From positions 992,001-1,056,000 of the forward strand of contig OZ241329.1 of the NCBI GenBank assembly GCA_965199825.1: a stretch of 64,000 bases of DNA. The letters are read 5' to 3'. The stretch is from Bdellovibrionales bacterium (lineage in GTDB: Bacteria > Bdellovibrionota > Bdellovibrionia > Bdellovibrionales > UBA1609). This document shows positions 9,423-21,785 of the stretch, piece by piece (within the stretch, counting starts at the first letter, position 1; each line of letters begins with the position of its first letter). A program made the translations under genes and the position numbers. The notes under the pieces are model-generated. The model did not search any database, was not told where the DNA came from, and saw nothing but the letters and a program-made list of their open reading frames with translations.

Positions 9423-11687
9423 ATGAATCAGCTTTGGAAACGTTTTCGTCGCGATATTATGGGACTCGTGTGGCTTGCAGCAGCTCTTTTTTTGGGGCTT
9501 GCTCTTTCGACATTTCATCCTACCGATCCCTCTTTCAATTCGATTGGCCGATCTCTGCTTGCCAAGAATGCTTGTGGTTATGTCGGATCATTTCTGGCTG
9601 ATATTTTGTATCAGACCTTTGGGTTATCGAGCTGGCTTTTTGTGGTGATCTTTGCTCGGCTCACCGTTTTGTCATTTTGGGGGATGCCAAAAAAACAGGT
9701 ATCGAGTCGCTGGTTTTTACCAACGCTCCTCGCCTTGGTATTGGCAAGTTTGCTTTCGCTTTATTTTCCCCAAACAAAACTTTGGGGTCAGATCGGTGCA
9801 GGCGGAGTGGTGGGACGCTCAATTTCGATGGGTCTTCTTCATGCGCTAAACAGTTTGGGTGTGACCGTTTTTTTATGGACAATGGCTGCAGCCCTCATGG
9901 TTTTTTATACCGAAAAAAGCCCGGAAGAACTTTTGCGCTACCCCTATCTCTTGTTGAAAAAAACTTTGACCGAATTTTTTGTAATCTTAAGAAATTTTAA
10001 ATCAGAACCAGCAATTGTGGCTGCGCCAAAATCAGCTCCACTGCCCGAGCGATATTTTCCGATTCGTGAAGAGCAAAAAGAAGAGCCACCTACAAAGTTA
10101 TCCCAAATGTTTTCGCTCCCCCAAATGGATGTGGTCGAAAAACGCAAAGTTGTTTTAAAAACAAAAGTGAATCAGCGGATCGAAAATTGGGAGCTTCCAA
10201 AAATTGGCTTGCTCGAGGATCCACCTCTCTTGCGCTACAAAATTGACGAGCGCGAGATCAAAGAAAAAGCCAAATTACTTACCGAAAAATTAGGACAATT
10301 TTCTGTAAGAGGTGCTGTTGTTGGAGTGAAGCCGGGACCTGCAGTCACTCTTTTTGAATTTAAGCCCGCAGCGGATGTGAAGATCAGCAAGATCACCGAA
10401 CTTGCCGATGACTTGTCGCTTGCGCTCTCGTCTGAATCTGTGCGGATTATTGCACCCATTCCTGGCCGAGATGTTGTTGGAATTGAAACTTCTAATGCCC
10501 AACGTGAGGGTGTGTTTTTAAAAGATATTTTGGCGATGGATGGATTTTGGGACGATGACTGCAAACTCCCGATGGCCATGGGTCGAAAAGCCGATGGCGA
10601 ACCGCGAGTGATGGACTTAAGAAAGATGCCGCATCTGTTGGTTGCGGGCACAACCGGTTCTGGAAAATCGGTGTTTGTTGTTTCGATGTTGGTGGGTTTG
10701 TTATTTCGTCATTCGCCAAAAACATTACGCCTGATTTTGATTGATCCAAAGCAGGTGGATCTTGCAGCCTTTGGTAAAATTCCTCACTTGTTGATGCCGC
10801 CCATTCGTGAGGCCAAAAAAGCGGTGGGCGCTCTTCGCTACGCGATCCGTGAGATGGAAAAACGCTACCGTTCGATGAGCATCTTTGGGGCTCGTGGGCT
10901 TGAAGGCTATAACGAGTTGATGGTGAAACTTTCGGCTGCTGATAAAGCCAATCACGATAAAATCAATGAATCAAAAACTCCACTTGATGCCTACTACAGC
11001 GAAGAGCTTCCCTATATTGTGATTGTTGTCGAAGAGTTTGGGGATTTAATGGCTGTCGACAAAGTCAATGTTGAGCAGGCTGTGGTGAGGCTTGCCCAAA
11101 TGGCGCGAGCCTGCGGAATTCATTTGGTGTTGGCGATGCAGAGTCCGCGTAAAGATGTGGTCACCGGTTTGATCAAAACAAATATTCCGGGCCGAATTAG
11201 TTTTAAGGTCGCGAGCAAAATGGATTCGAGAATTATTCTTGATGAGTCAGGAGCTGAGCGCCTGTTGGCTCGCGGAGATATGCTGTTTTTAGCTCCTGGA
11301 GTCGCAAAACCAGAACGTCATCACGGGCCTTATCTGACCGAACTCGAAATCTCTAAACTTGTTGAAGTCTGGTGTGCCCAAGGCGAGCCGCAATACGATC
11401 CGCTGGCATTGAGAGCGATCGAAAATTCGGGAGGAGGATATGAGTTGACCTCTTCCGAAGGTGAAGGCGGAGGATCTGAAGACGATGAATTACGCGATGA
11501 TCGCTACGACGAAATTTTGGCTTACGTTGCAAGTTTAAAAGAAGTGAGCGCCTCACTGTTGCAAAGAAAATTTCGTTTAGGTTATCCACGTGCCGCACGA
11601 ATGATCGAACTTTTTGAAACTGATGGCGTCATTGGTCCAGCTAACGGAAGTAAACCCCGTCAGGTTTTAGTGAATGAACTCAAGTGA
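9423..11687 (+). CDS. ftsK: DNA translocase FtsK
   Basis: N-terminal 4TM domain, PHLLVAGTTGSGKS, GAERLLARGDMLF, gamma domain SASLLQRKFRLGYPRAAR. Confidence 0.95.
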   Translation: MNQLWKRFRRDIMGLVWLAAALFLGLALSTFHPTDPSFNSIGRSLLAKNACGYVGSFLADILYQTFGLSSWLFVVIFARLTVLSFWGMPKKQVSSRWFLPTLLALVLASLLSLYFPQTKLWGQIGAGGVVGRSISMGLLHALNSLGVTVFLWTMAAALMVFYTEKSPEELLRYPYLLLKKTLTEFFVILRNFKSEPAIVAAPKSAPLPERYFPIREEQKEEPPTKLSQMFSLPQMDVVEKRKVVLKTKVNQRIENWELPKIGLLEDPPLLRYKIDEREIKEKAKLLTEKLGQFSVRGAVVGVKPGPAVTLFEFKPAADVKISKITELADDLSLALSSESVRIIAPIPGRDVVGIETSNAQREGVFLKDILAMDGFWDDDCKLPMAMGRKADGEPRVMDLRKMPHLLVAGTTGSGKSVFVVSMLVGLLFRHSPKTLRLILIDPKQVDLAAFGKIPHLLMPPIREAKKAVGALRYAIREMEKRYRSMSIFGARGLEGYNELMVKLSAADKANHDKINESKTPLDAYYSEELPYIVIVVEEFGDLMAVDKVNVEQAVVRLAQMARACGIHLVLAMQSPRKDVVTGLIKTNIPGRISFKVASKMDSRIILDESGAERLLARGDMLFLAPGVAKPERHHGPYLTELEISKLVEVWCAQGEPQYDPLALRAIENSGGGYELTSSEGEGGGSEDDELRDDRYDEILAYVASLKEVSASLLQRKFRLGYPRAARMIELFETDGVIGPANGSKPRQVLVNELK

Positions 11688-11701
11688 TATGCTAAACCTT
11701 T

Positions 11702-12463
11702 ATGATGTTTTTAGTTTTTATTCTCGCAACTTGGGCCGCCGACATTTCGGTGGCCGAGAGAGCTCAAAAATTATTGCTCAATGGGGATCGCAGTGCTGCA
11801 ACTCAAATTTTGGTTGCAGCTGCTAAAAAAGATCCGAAATATAAAACTCTATTAAAAAATGTGACCCAAGAATTTATTACTGAGCAAGGTCAAAGGCTTT
11901 ATCAGCTTGGGCTCTCTCTTGAATTCACAAATCCCCAACTCGCTGCCCAACGTTTAAGTGAAGCTTTAAAATTAGAAGATCAAAATCAGTTGATCTTAGC
12001 CGCACTTGCTCGCGTGTTGATTGGGCTTAAGCGATGCGATGAAGCAAAAACCGATTTAACCAAGTCCCTTAAACTAAACCCTTTTGATACTTCACTCATC
12101 GAGTGGCAATTTCGCAGTTCATTGTGTCTCAATGATAAAGAATCGGCTAAAGCCCAGATCAAACTTCTTGAAAAAGAAGATCTTGCGGCTTGGAGAATCA
12201 AGTGGCTTCGATTTAAGTTGCAACCCAGCGATCGCTCACTCCTCGAACAGATCAGCCGCGAGGCGCCGTCTTTTCCAGAAGCGATTTATCTGTTATGGAA
12301 AATGACAAAGCCACTGAGCGGTGCGCGAGAAGATTTAGCAAGACGATACGTAGCTCTTTGTAAGAGTCTATCGGTGCAGGCTAAGGCTGATTTTAGTTTT
12401 GAACCCGAATTGTGTTTACATACCGAGGAGCTCTTAAGCTCGGAAGAGGACAATGAAAAATAA
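11702..12463 (+). CDS. Exported TPR-like protein
   Basis: Short signal peptide and helical TPR-like repeats (SLKLNPFD). Confidence 0.65.
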   Translation: MMFLVFILATWAADISVAERAQKLLLNGDRSAATQILVAAAKKDPKYKTLLKNVTQEFITEQGQRLYQLGLSLEFTNPQLAAQRLSEALKLEDQNQLILAALARVLIGLKRCDEAKTDLTKSLKLNPFDTSLIEWQFRSSLCLNDKESAKAQIKLLEKEDLAAWRIKWLRFKLQPSDRSLLEQISREAPSFPEAIYLLWKMTKPLSGAREDLARRYVALCKSLSVQAKADFSFEPELCLHTEELLSSEEDNEK

Positions 12464-12635
12464 ATTTTTGGGCCTGATGGTTTTGTTATCTGGATGCGGA
12501 ATAAAGGGCGATCCGCTGCCGCCCGATCAACCTCCCGCTTTGAGCCGCAGTCGGACCCTGATGCAAAAATCAAAAGAGATGAAAGATCTTCCGGCACTTC
12601 CCCCAGTAAAAGAAGACGAGGAAAAAGAAGAATGA
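12453..12635 (+). CDS. Small lipoprotein, LptM/LppL-like
   Basis: Lipobox LSGC followed by GIKGDPLPP; lies directly upstream of dap genes. Confidence 0.65.
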   Translation: MKNKFLGLMVLLSGCGIKGDPLPPDQPPALSRSRTLMQKSKEMKDLPALPPVKEDEEKEE

Positions 12636-13480
12636 ACGAAGGTATAATTACGGCGCTCTGCACTCCTTTTAAAAAAGGCCAAGTGGACGTCGATTCATAT
12701 AAAAAAATAATTGGCCATCAGCTTGAAGCAAAAATTAATGGGCTGGTGATTGGCGGAACCACGGGTGAAAGCCCCACCGTCACCATAGAAGAACTAAAAA
12801 ACTTGGTTGGAATCGCCAAAGCAGAGGTTTCAAAACAAGCACCAGTGATTGTGGGTACGGGCACAAATTCCACAGCCACAACCATCGAAAAAACTTTACT
12901 TGCACAGTCTTGGGGTGCAGATGCGGCGTTGATCGTTGTGCCCTATTATAATCGGCCGCCCCAAAAAGGATTGATTGCCCATTTTTTGGCGATTCGCGAT
13001 GCCACCAAAATTCCAATTATTTTATACAATGTGCCCTCACGCACAGGGGCTGGATTTGAGGTCGATACGATTCAAAAATTAAGCGGCGAAGATCGTATCA
13101 TTGGACTTAAAGAGGCCACCGGAGATCTTAAATTTCTTGAGCAGATCAAAAAATCAGTGCCGCAGAATTTTTTGTTATGGAGTGGTGACGACGGCACTGC
13201 CGAAGAATTTTGTGAGCGCGGGGGACATGGAGCGATTTCTGTTTTGTCGCATGTGATTCCAAACCAAATGGTACAAATGTATAGCAAAAAAACCAGCATC
13301 AAAAAATTTAGTCAGCTCAACGATTTATTATTTAAGGAATCAAATCCGATTCCCCTAAAGACCGTTTTATTTTTAATGAAATTGATTTCATCTCCCGAGA
13401 TGCGACTGCCTCTGGTTCCTGCAAGCTCTGAACTGACAGAGCAGCTTCAAGCTGAGTTGCAAAAATTGGAGTTGATGTGA
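12632..13480 (+). CDS. dapA: 4-hydroxy-tetrahydrodipicolinate synthase
   Basis: GTTGES, PYYN, LYNVPSRTG, GLKEATG and NPIPLK; ATGA overlap gives start 12632. Confidence 0.95.
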   Translation: MNEGIITALCTPFKKGQVDVDSYKKIIGHQLEAKINGLVIGGTTGESPTVTIEELKNLVGIAKAEVSKQAPVIVGTGTNSTATTIEKTLLAQSWGADAALIVVPYYNRPPQKGLIAHFLAIRDATKIPIILYNVPSRTGAGFEVDTIQKLSGEDRIIGLKEATGDLKFLEQIKKSVPQNFLLWSGDDGTAEEFCERGGHGAISVLSHVIPNQMVQMYSKKTSIKKFSQLNDLLFKESNPIPLKTVLFLMKLISSPEMRLPLVPASSELTEQLQAELQKLELM

Positions 13481-14160
13481 TTCGGGTTGCGGTGGTTGGT
13501 GCAAATGGAAAGATGGGCAAAGACCTTATTGATCTGATTGAGAGCGACGACAATTTTACGGTGGCGGCCGCAGTGGCTCGTGCAAAAACCGATAAGACAA
13601 TAAGACTCAAAGATCTTAAAGCCGATGATATCGATGGAGTTATTGATTTTTCGGTGGCCGAAAATATTGGCGAAGTTTTAGAAACTTGCGCACGCCTCAA
13701 AAAACCTGCGGTGATTGCGACCACCGGATTTCAAACTTCGCCCCAAGCTGTGCTAGAAAAAGCGGCCTTGAGTATTCCGGTATTGTGGTCCCCCAATATG
13801 AGTTTGGGAATTGCTTATCTGCAAATGGCAATTTCACATTTGAATTTGCTTAAAGGTTTTGATTTTCAGATTGAAGAAGTTCATCACACCAAAAAGCGAG
13901 ATGCTCCGAGTGGAACAGGGCTTTTTTTGCAAACCGCTTTAAAGCAGGCCGTCGATCGCGAGCCTCCTCCTGTGATTTCAATCCGTGCCGGAAATATTTT
14001 TGGTATTCATAAAGTGATGGGGTTTGGCCCAGAGGAAACCGTGACTCTCGAACATCAAGCTCTTAATCGCCGTGTGTTTTCGCGCGGGTCTTTGAGTGCG
14101 CTTAAGTGGCTTGTTCATCAGCCACCAAAACTTTATATGATGGCAGATATTTTTCGATGA
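13477..14160 (+). CDS. dapB: 4-hydroxy-tetrahydrodipicolinate reductase
   Basis: GANGKMG, IDFS, SPNMSLG and EVHHTKKRDAPSGT. Confidence 0.95.
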   Translation: MIRVAVVGANGKMGKDLIDLIESDDNFTVAAAVARAKTDKTIRLKDLKADDIDGVIDFSVAENIGEVLETCARLKKPAVIATTGFQTSPQAVLEKAALSIPVLWSPNMSLGIAYLQMAISHLNLLKGFDFQIEEVHHTKKRDAPSGTGLFLQTALKQAVDREPPPVISIRAGNIFGIHKVMGFGPEETVTLEHQALNRRVFSRGSLSALKWLVHQPPKLYMMADIFR

Positions 14161-14681
14161 GTGTGCCGGTATTGATCGGCACAAAATGTTTTAATAGCGA
14201 CGGCATTGCGGTATTAAAATTAATTGTTCAACAGCTCCCATTGAGTATGGAGCTTAAAGGTTTATCTTCGGTTTACCGCATCGAAGGTTCAAGACCTACT
14301 CCGCGCCACATTCATGATCTCAACCGGGTAAGCAGTTATTCCGGTTTGAGTGTTTGTTTTCGCGGGACAACCTTGCTTTCGGCCATCGAATTTATGGACC
14401 GGTTGATTTTACTCGAAGAGAGTCTAAAAAATGAGCTGATGCGTCGGAGTGCGAGTATTAATCTTTTGGTTTATGGTGAGCATGCGTTGATGACGCCACT
14501 TCTCACATTGCCCCATCCTGAATTTCATCTTTCTCCAGAGCAACTGATTCCTGCTGCAGAAGTGTGGCCTGAATACATTCATCCTGTTTTAAACGTAAAG
14601 ATTCAATCCTTGGTTCCCGAGCTTGTATCTGAAAATAAAGTGGAGTTCTTCGCACAAGGGAAAACCCTGCTTGATTTTTAA
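14157..14681 (+). CDS. FolK/HPPK-like protein with degenerate catalytic motifs
   Basis: SSVY, INLLVYG..MTPLLTLPHP and HPVL follow the HPPK layout, but the PRxxDLD motif is replaced. Confidence 0.55.
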   Translation: MSVPVLIGTKCFNSDGIAVLKLIVQQLPLSMELKGLSSVYRIEGSRPTPRHIHDLNRVSSYSGLSVCFRGTTLLSAIEFMDRLILLEESLKNELMRRSASINLLVYGEHALMTPLLTLPHPEFHLSPEQLIPAAEVWPEYIHPVLNVKIQSLVPELVSENKVEFFAQGKTLLDF

Positions 14682-14705
14682 CTTTTCAAAACATAAACCC
14701 GTAGT

Positions 14706-15350
14706 ATGAAGTTTTATATCGATAGCGCAGATATTGAAGAGATCCGACAAGCCAATCGTCGAGGTTGGGTTGACGGGGTAACCACTAATCCTACACTCAT
14801 TGCGAAAACGGGCCGGCGTCACCATGATGTGATCAAAGACATTTGCCAAGAAGTGAATGGTCTTGTGTCAGCCGAAGTGATCAGCATGGATTTTGAATCG
14901 ATGATGCGCGAGGGATACGAACTCGCAAAGCTTCATGACAATGTTGTTGTCAAAATCCCTATGTGTGACGATGGCTTAATGGCGGTTCGAAAATTGGCGA
15001 GTGAAGGAATTAAGACCAATGTGACTTTGGTCTTCTCACCTCTGCAGGCTTTGTTAGTGGCTAAAGCGGGCGCAACCCTTGTTTCACCTTTCGTTGGTCG
15101 CCTCGATGATGTGGGCTACAATGGTATGCAACTGATTGAGCAAATGGTTCAGATATTTCAAAATTATGATTTCCAGACCAAAGTCTTGGTGGCGAGTGTT
15201 CGTCATCCAGTACATATCCTCGACTCGGCCTTGGTCTCGGCAGATATCGTGACGATTCCGTTTAAGGTTATGCAACAGCTCACCCAACATCCTTTGACCG
15301 ACAAAGGTATTTCTCAGTTCTTGAAAGATTCGCAAAACATGAAACAATAG
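14706..15350 (+). CDS. fsa: Transaldolase/fructose-6-phosphate aldolase (short FSA/TalC type)
   Basis: [25 protein letters not shown] and SPFVGRLDD. Confidence 0.9.
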   Translation: MKFYIDSADIEEIRQANRRGWVDGVTTNPTLIAKTGRRHHDVIKDICQEVNGLVSAEVISMDFESMMREGYELAKLHDNVVVKIPMCDDGLMAVRKLASEGIKTNVTLVFSPLQALLVAKAGATLVSPFVGRLDDVGYNGMQLIEQMVQIFQNYDFQTKVLVASVRHPVHILDSALVSADIVTIPFKVMQQLTQHPLTDKGISQFLKDSQNMKQ

Positions 15351-15355
15351 CCCCC

Positions 15356-15814
15356 ATGGGCCGTTGGTTTTTGTTTGGTTTTTTATTCTTTCTAGTCAGT
15401 TGCGCCACTCTGCATGGGGGTGGCGAAGTCCTCTACGGAATTGATCAACCTCTTATTGATTTACAAAAGCTTTCCGAAAGCGTGCTGCCAATGGGTAAGC
15501 GCACGATCTCCTCGAATGGTCGAGAGATCTTGTCTAATTATTTTCATTTGGTCGATGGACGAATTGTTGCGGGCGATCGAGCTCCCGAGCGGTTTTATGC
15601 CCATGTGATTATTTTGGGAGACCAGCGGCCGTATACGATTGAAGTGATCGTTCATCGCGAGCGTCGTGTGGCAAGTTCTGGAGAACTCTCGCCCCGTTAT
15701 GACGAGGTCGCGGTGGATCAGAGACTTGCAAAGGTGTTTGCCAAGCGACTCAATAACAACCTCTCCAAACGTCGCGAAGACCGAAGCATCATTGACGATT
15801 TTCGAGTGTTCTAA
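15356..15814 (+). CDS. Hypothetical lipoprotein
   Basis: Lipobox LVSC; C-terminal IIDDFRVF. Confidence 0.65.
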   Translation: MGRWFLFGFLFFLVSCATLHGGGEVLYGIDQPLIDLQKLSESVLPMGKRTISSNGREILSNYFHLVDGRIVAGDRAPERFYAHVIILGDQRPYTIEVIVHRERRVASSGELSPRYDEVAVDQRLAKVFAKRLNNNLSKRREDRSIIDDFRVF

Positions 15815-15831
15815 CTATAGTTAGACCAACT

Positions 15832-17799
15832 ATGAAACAGCTCCTTGTTTTTGCCACAATTATTTTATTTCCAAGCGTGTTGGCAAAGCTGGATGATCGT
15901 GGAGTATCCCAGCGCAAATTTGTGATTCGGGTTGAGGGACTTTCCCCCGCAGTGGCCGCTTTTCAGGACATCAAAAAAATTTCCAATCGATTTGCACAAA
16001 TCAACTGGTCAGAAGGAAAGTGGATTCCGCTTCACTCAGGCAACGCAGCTCATTTCGAAAAATATTTTTATAAAGAAGCTCCAGCAAAACATGTTGAGCC
16101 CGGATTGCGACTTTCTCGTCTCACCATCAAGGCGCCTCATGTTGAACGCACAACGGTTGCTCAACTGGATGAAGTCAAACCCATGCCGCTCAATTTTGAG
16201 CCCGCTCTATACAACAAGCAGGGTGACTTGTTGCCGCTGGAAGATCGAAAAAAGAAAATTCTAGATTTTTATGCGGCTCAACCCATCGAGCCTGATGTGA
16301 GTTTGAGCCAGCGCGCGAAGCCATTGATCGAAGAAAGTTTGGCTAAAAACAAAAAAAGTTTACGCCCACTTTCGATCAGTGGACAATTGCAAATGGCAGA
16401 TGGACTGGCATTTATGGGGCCATCCACCGAAATCCGATTAAACCATACCGTGCGCGGAAAACTTTTGGGTCATGGTTATGTCAATGTGGCGGAAGGACGA
16501 TTTGATATCGCGGTTCAGTCGCAAGAAGGCTATCTCGAAGCCGAATTGTATAACGAAAAGCATCAGGTGATTGGTCGCGCCGATTATGATTTGTCTTTAT
16601 TGCCGGCACTCTCGGCGCATCATATCAAATCCAGCGGAATCTTATTAAAACTTAAGCCGGTGTCCGAGCGACCCACAGTCTCTCTTGTTTCGGCCTACTC
16701 GTTTGATTCGCACAAAATGCCCATCGAAAAGCCCGAAGTTGCGATCGATCAAATGAAGCTTTCAAAAAATGAAGATGGTGAATTCACTGCCGATCAGTTT
16801 CACCCTGCATCGATGTTTGTGACTCATGCGGTTGCCAAAAATTATTGGGGAAGCCTAGCCGTGGGCCTTGGGAATTCGCCCACAGAGATCGAGCTCTTTC
16901 CTAAAAAAATGGTTTCGGCACTTTTAAATCTCACTCTTGGAGATGTGGACCAAAAAAAATCGATTGTTTGGGGCCGGGTGATCGATCACCGGGGCCGCCC
17001 TCTTTCGGGCGCAACGGTTGAGCTTGCAGGTGATTCGCAATCAAAAATTGTTTACTTTAATAATAACTTTTTGCCAGACACCCAGTTCCACCAGACCTCG
17101 GCCACAGGTTGGTATGCTTTTGTAAACGTGGCGCCAGGAACTCATTCGATTCGGGCTCGATATGATGGCCAATTTATTCCTTCACAAACCCTGCCTGCTG
17201 AACCTGGCTTTGTCTCGTATGCTCTATTGCAAATGAGCCAACCAAAGACTGCGGCTGTTTTGGTGCAGGATGCGTTTGATCCCAATGTTCAGCTAGAGAG
17301 TGCCTTGCATGTCTTGGGAGCCGATATCGATCTTGATATTTCGGGCCAAGGGCAGCTGCGCTATCCCTCGGGCAACAACACCATGTTGATTGAGGTCAAT
17401 GCCGGTGAAGAATTTGAAACCTCACGGTTTACAACTTCACGCCAAGTGAAAGATTTAAAATTTCCGATGATTAAAAAAGATTGGATCTCGGGTTTAACAG
17501 GTCAAATGCGTTTGAGTGTAGATCCCGTTTTGAGTCGCATGGCCGGTTTTGTGGCAAGTTCCGACTTTGTGGTTGAGCTCGAGCGCGATGGACGACCTCT
17601 ACAATCAAATATTGTTTACTTCAATTCGCAAGGTCACCAGTCTGTGGGACGTGTAGGTGAAGCGGGCGGCGGATTCTTAATTTTAAATGTAGAACCAGGC
17701 CCAGTAAATCTCATCGTTCGACTTACGAATTCAAATCAAACGTTTTATCAAACTCGTTATGTGGATTCGGATTTTTTAGACGTCGCTCTGGTGCCTTGA
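15832..17799 (+). CDS. Exported protein with a carboxypeptidase-regulatory-like beta-sandwich domain
   Basis: Signal peptide; VWGRVIDHRGRPLSGATVEL..T..GWYAFVNVAPG pattern. Confidence 0.65.
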   Translation: MKQLLVFATIILFPSVLAKLDDRGVSQRKFVIRVEGLSPAVAAFQDIKKISNRFAQINWSEGKWIPLHSGNAAHFEKYFYKEAPAKHVEPGLRLSRLTIKAPHVERTTVAQLDEVKPMPLNFEPALYNKQGDLLPLEDRKKKILDFYAAQPIEPDVSLSQRAKPLIEESLAKNKKSLRPLSISGQLQMADGLAFMGPSTEIRLNHTVRGKLLGHGYVNVAEGRFDIAVQSQEGYLEAELYNEKHQVIGRADYDLSLLPALSAHHIKSSGILLKLKPVSERPTVSLVSAYSFDSHKMPIEKPEVAIDQMKLSKNEDGEFTADQFHPASMFVTHAVAKNYWGSLAVGLGNSPTEIELFPKKMVSALLNLTLGDVDQKKSIVWGRVIDHRGRPLSGATVELAGDSQSKIVYFNNNFLPDTQFHQTSATGWYAFVNVAPGTHSIRARYDGQFIPSQTLPAEPGFVSYALLQMSQPKTAAVLVQDAFDPNVQLESALHVLGADIDLDISGQGQLRYPSGNNTMLIEVNAGEEFETSRFTTSRQVKDLKFPMIKKDWISGLTGQMRLSVDPVLSRMAGFVASSDFVVELERDGRPLQSNIVYFNSQGHQSVGRVGEAGGGFLILNVEPGPVNLIVRLTNSNQTFYQTRYVDSDFLDVALVP

Positions 17800-19295
17800 G
17801 TTTGCCAAACTAAACCTTGGCTCACACCTGATAGCCACTGACCACTTCCAACTGGAAGATGAAGTTCGTAGCCCTTTGGCAATACCGCATGTTTAGCAAT
17901 CGCGTGTTTCAAATCTAAATTGAATTGCAAAAACTTTTCGGTCGAAAGATTCGACATTTGAATCAGTTCATCCACATTCATGCGGCGATTAAGAACAACC
18001 GCTTCGCGTTCATGAAGTCCGGGTTTGGCAAGAGTTGGAAACACCACTTCTTGATATTTTTCGGCATAAAGGGCTGCAAGAAAACAGGTAAAGAAGTTGC
18101 TGCTTGCAAACTTAAAATCGCCGGTATGATTGCGCTCAATAATTGTTGCAAGATCCTCAGAGCGGGCATGGCGAATGGCCACTTGGATATTGCCAATCCC
18201 ATTGTTATAGCTGGTAACAGCAAGAGGCCAAGACTTGAGAGCATGATGATAAGTTTTAAAAATATAGGCCGCAACTCGAGTGGCTTTAAGAGGAGCATTT
18301 CTCTCATCGATAAAATCGTTCACCAATAAATAAGCTTTGCCGGTCTTTGGCATAATTTGCCACACACCACTTGCGCCCACTTTGCTTTCGGCTTTTTCGT
18401 TAAAGCTGCTCTCCACTAGAGGAAGTCTTGAGAGTTCGGCGGGCACTCCGCGGCTGCGCATCTCTTCTTCCATATAGGGAAGATATTGCGCGCTATTACG
18501 AAGTCCACTGATATAAAAATCACGCTGACCCAATTGCTTTCGAACACTTTGGTAGGCGAGCTGAAACACTTTTCGTCTTGGCCCTGGAAGGGGCGCTAAT
18601 TTACTCACCAAATCAGCTTCAACAATCGAGAGATTTTCATAGGAGGTTCTACGGCTTAATTTGTACAGGGCATTTGTGATTTCGCCGAGCTCACGTTTTG
18701 CTTGGATATTCCCACGCTCACGACGAAGCCACTCGGGGCCCTTGGTCGACATCATTGGGGTTGTATCAACCACACGATAAATGATCCATGGAAAGCGATC
18801 GTGATGGATCACATGAACGAGCGAAGAGTATTTCGTATAAATATCAAACCAAAACGCCACGCGCTTTCTTAATGAATCAGGAATCTGAAATTCAGGCGAA
18901 ATTCGGTGCAGCGGATCTGCCAAAACAGTTTCGGTTTTAACAATAAGTGGTTGGGCTTGTTCGATCGCAGGCGCTTTTAAGACCGCATCGGTTGTCATGT
19001 ACGAAGGTTGAATATTTGGAGCTGGGACAACGCGAAGATCAAGACTTTCAACAACCACAGGTTTTTTGAAATGGCTCATCGCTTGGATTGCCATTTCTTG
19101 AAAAAGTTCGCGCGCGGGAGCCGAAACTGTTTCTAGATTCGCCGGTTTAAAATAGAATATCGCAGCGAGAAGACTGAGCAAAGTCACAAAACTAAGGCAC
19201 GCCAAAAACGCAAAAATATTGGCGATCAAAGAGTCTGGTTGCTCAATCACGTGGATGATCACGCGCTCGTGCTTTGTTTTTTGGGGGAGAATCAT
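17757..19295 (-). CDS. Membrane-anchored lytic transglycosylase (SLT/MltD-like)
   Basis: VESSFN, GASGVWQIMP and LAVTSYNNG motifs; N-terminal TM; LysM-like C-terminus. Confidence 0.85.
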   Translation of the reverse strand: MILPQKTKHERVIIHVIEQPDSLIANIFAFLACLSFVTLLSLLAAIFYFKPANLETVSAPARELFQEMAIQAMSHFKKPVVVESLDLRVVPAPNIQPSYMTTDAVLKAPAIEQAQPLIVKTETVLADPLHRISPEFQIPDSLRKRVAFWFDIYTKYSSLVHVIHHDRFPWIIYRVVDTTPMMSTKGPEWLRRERGNIQAKRELGEITNALYKLSRRTSYENLSIVEADLVSKLAPLPGPRRKVFQLAYQSVRKQLGQRDFYISGLRNSAQYLPYMEEEMRSRGVPAELSRLPLVESSFNEKAESKVGASGVWQIMPKTGKAYLLVNDFIDERNAPLKATRVAAYIFKTYHHALKSWPLAVTSYNNGIGNIQVAIRHARSEDLATIIERNHTGDFKFASSNFFTCFLAALYAEKYQEVVFPTLAKPGLHEREAVVLNRRMNVDELIQMSNLSTEKFLQFNLDLKHAIAKHAVLPKGYELHLPVGSGQWLSGVSQGLVWQTQGTRATSKKSEST

Positions 19296-19469
19296 AAATC
19301 TTACTGGAGCAAGATCAATACCTTTGCGAAGTAAATAAAATCTTGCGATTTCAGGTAGTTACATGCGTTCAAAGGTGACGAAAATTGTTCTTTTACCAAA
19401 AACAGTCGACAGGTTGCCGTGAATTGTCCTAGAGTTTGCGGATGTGATTAACGTTTCATTGGAGGACGA

Positions 19470-19664
19470 ATGGCAGAAGTTTTGGTTGTAACCAGTAAAG
19501 TAAAGAAATTTATTAAAGAAAAAGGCGGTTGCAATACCTCCTCAGAAACTGTGGATGTTTTGTCAAAAGCGGTAGAGGCTCTTTGCCAACGCGGCATCGA
19601 TAGCGCAAAAGCTGACGGACGCAAAACCGTAATGGCTCGTGATATCGGTATTGAACACCTATAA
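19470..19664 (+). CDS. Bacterial histone (Bd0055-like single histone fold)
   Basis: 64 aa, MAEVLVVTSKVKKFIKEK..AKADGRKTVMARDI with the histone RKTV..RD signature; ggagga SD. Confidence 0.92.
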   Translation: MAEVLVVTSKVKKFIKEKGGCNTSSETVDVLSKAVEALCQRGIDSAKADGRKTVMARDIGIEHL

Positions 19665-19685
19665 AATTAGTAACTCTCAAAGTTA

Positions 19686-19717
19686 AAAATGGGCTAAGAA
19701 AACTCTTAGCCTTTTTT

Positions 19718-19719
<2 letters not shown>
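19686..19719. terminator. Bidirectional intrinsic terminator (histone/ligA)
   Basis: aaaaa, ggctaaga-aaac-tcttagcc hairpin, then a T run, between convergent genes. Confidence 0.8.
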
Positions 19720-21754
<2,035 letters not shown>

Positions 21755-21785
21755 TTACAAGAATAGCTTCTTGAAGGAGATCATT

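Noticed and set aside
17757..17799. 43-bp convergent overlap of two genes
   Set aside because: Short 3' overlaps are common in compact genomes; there is no further signal
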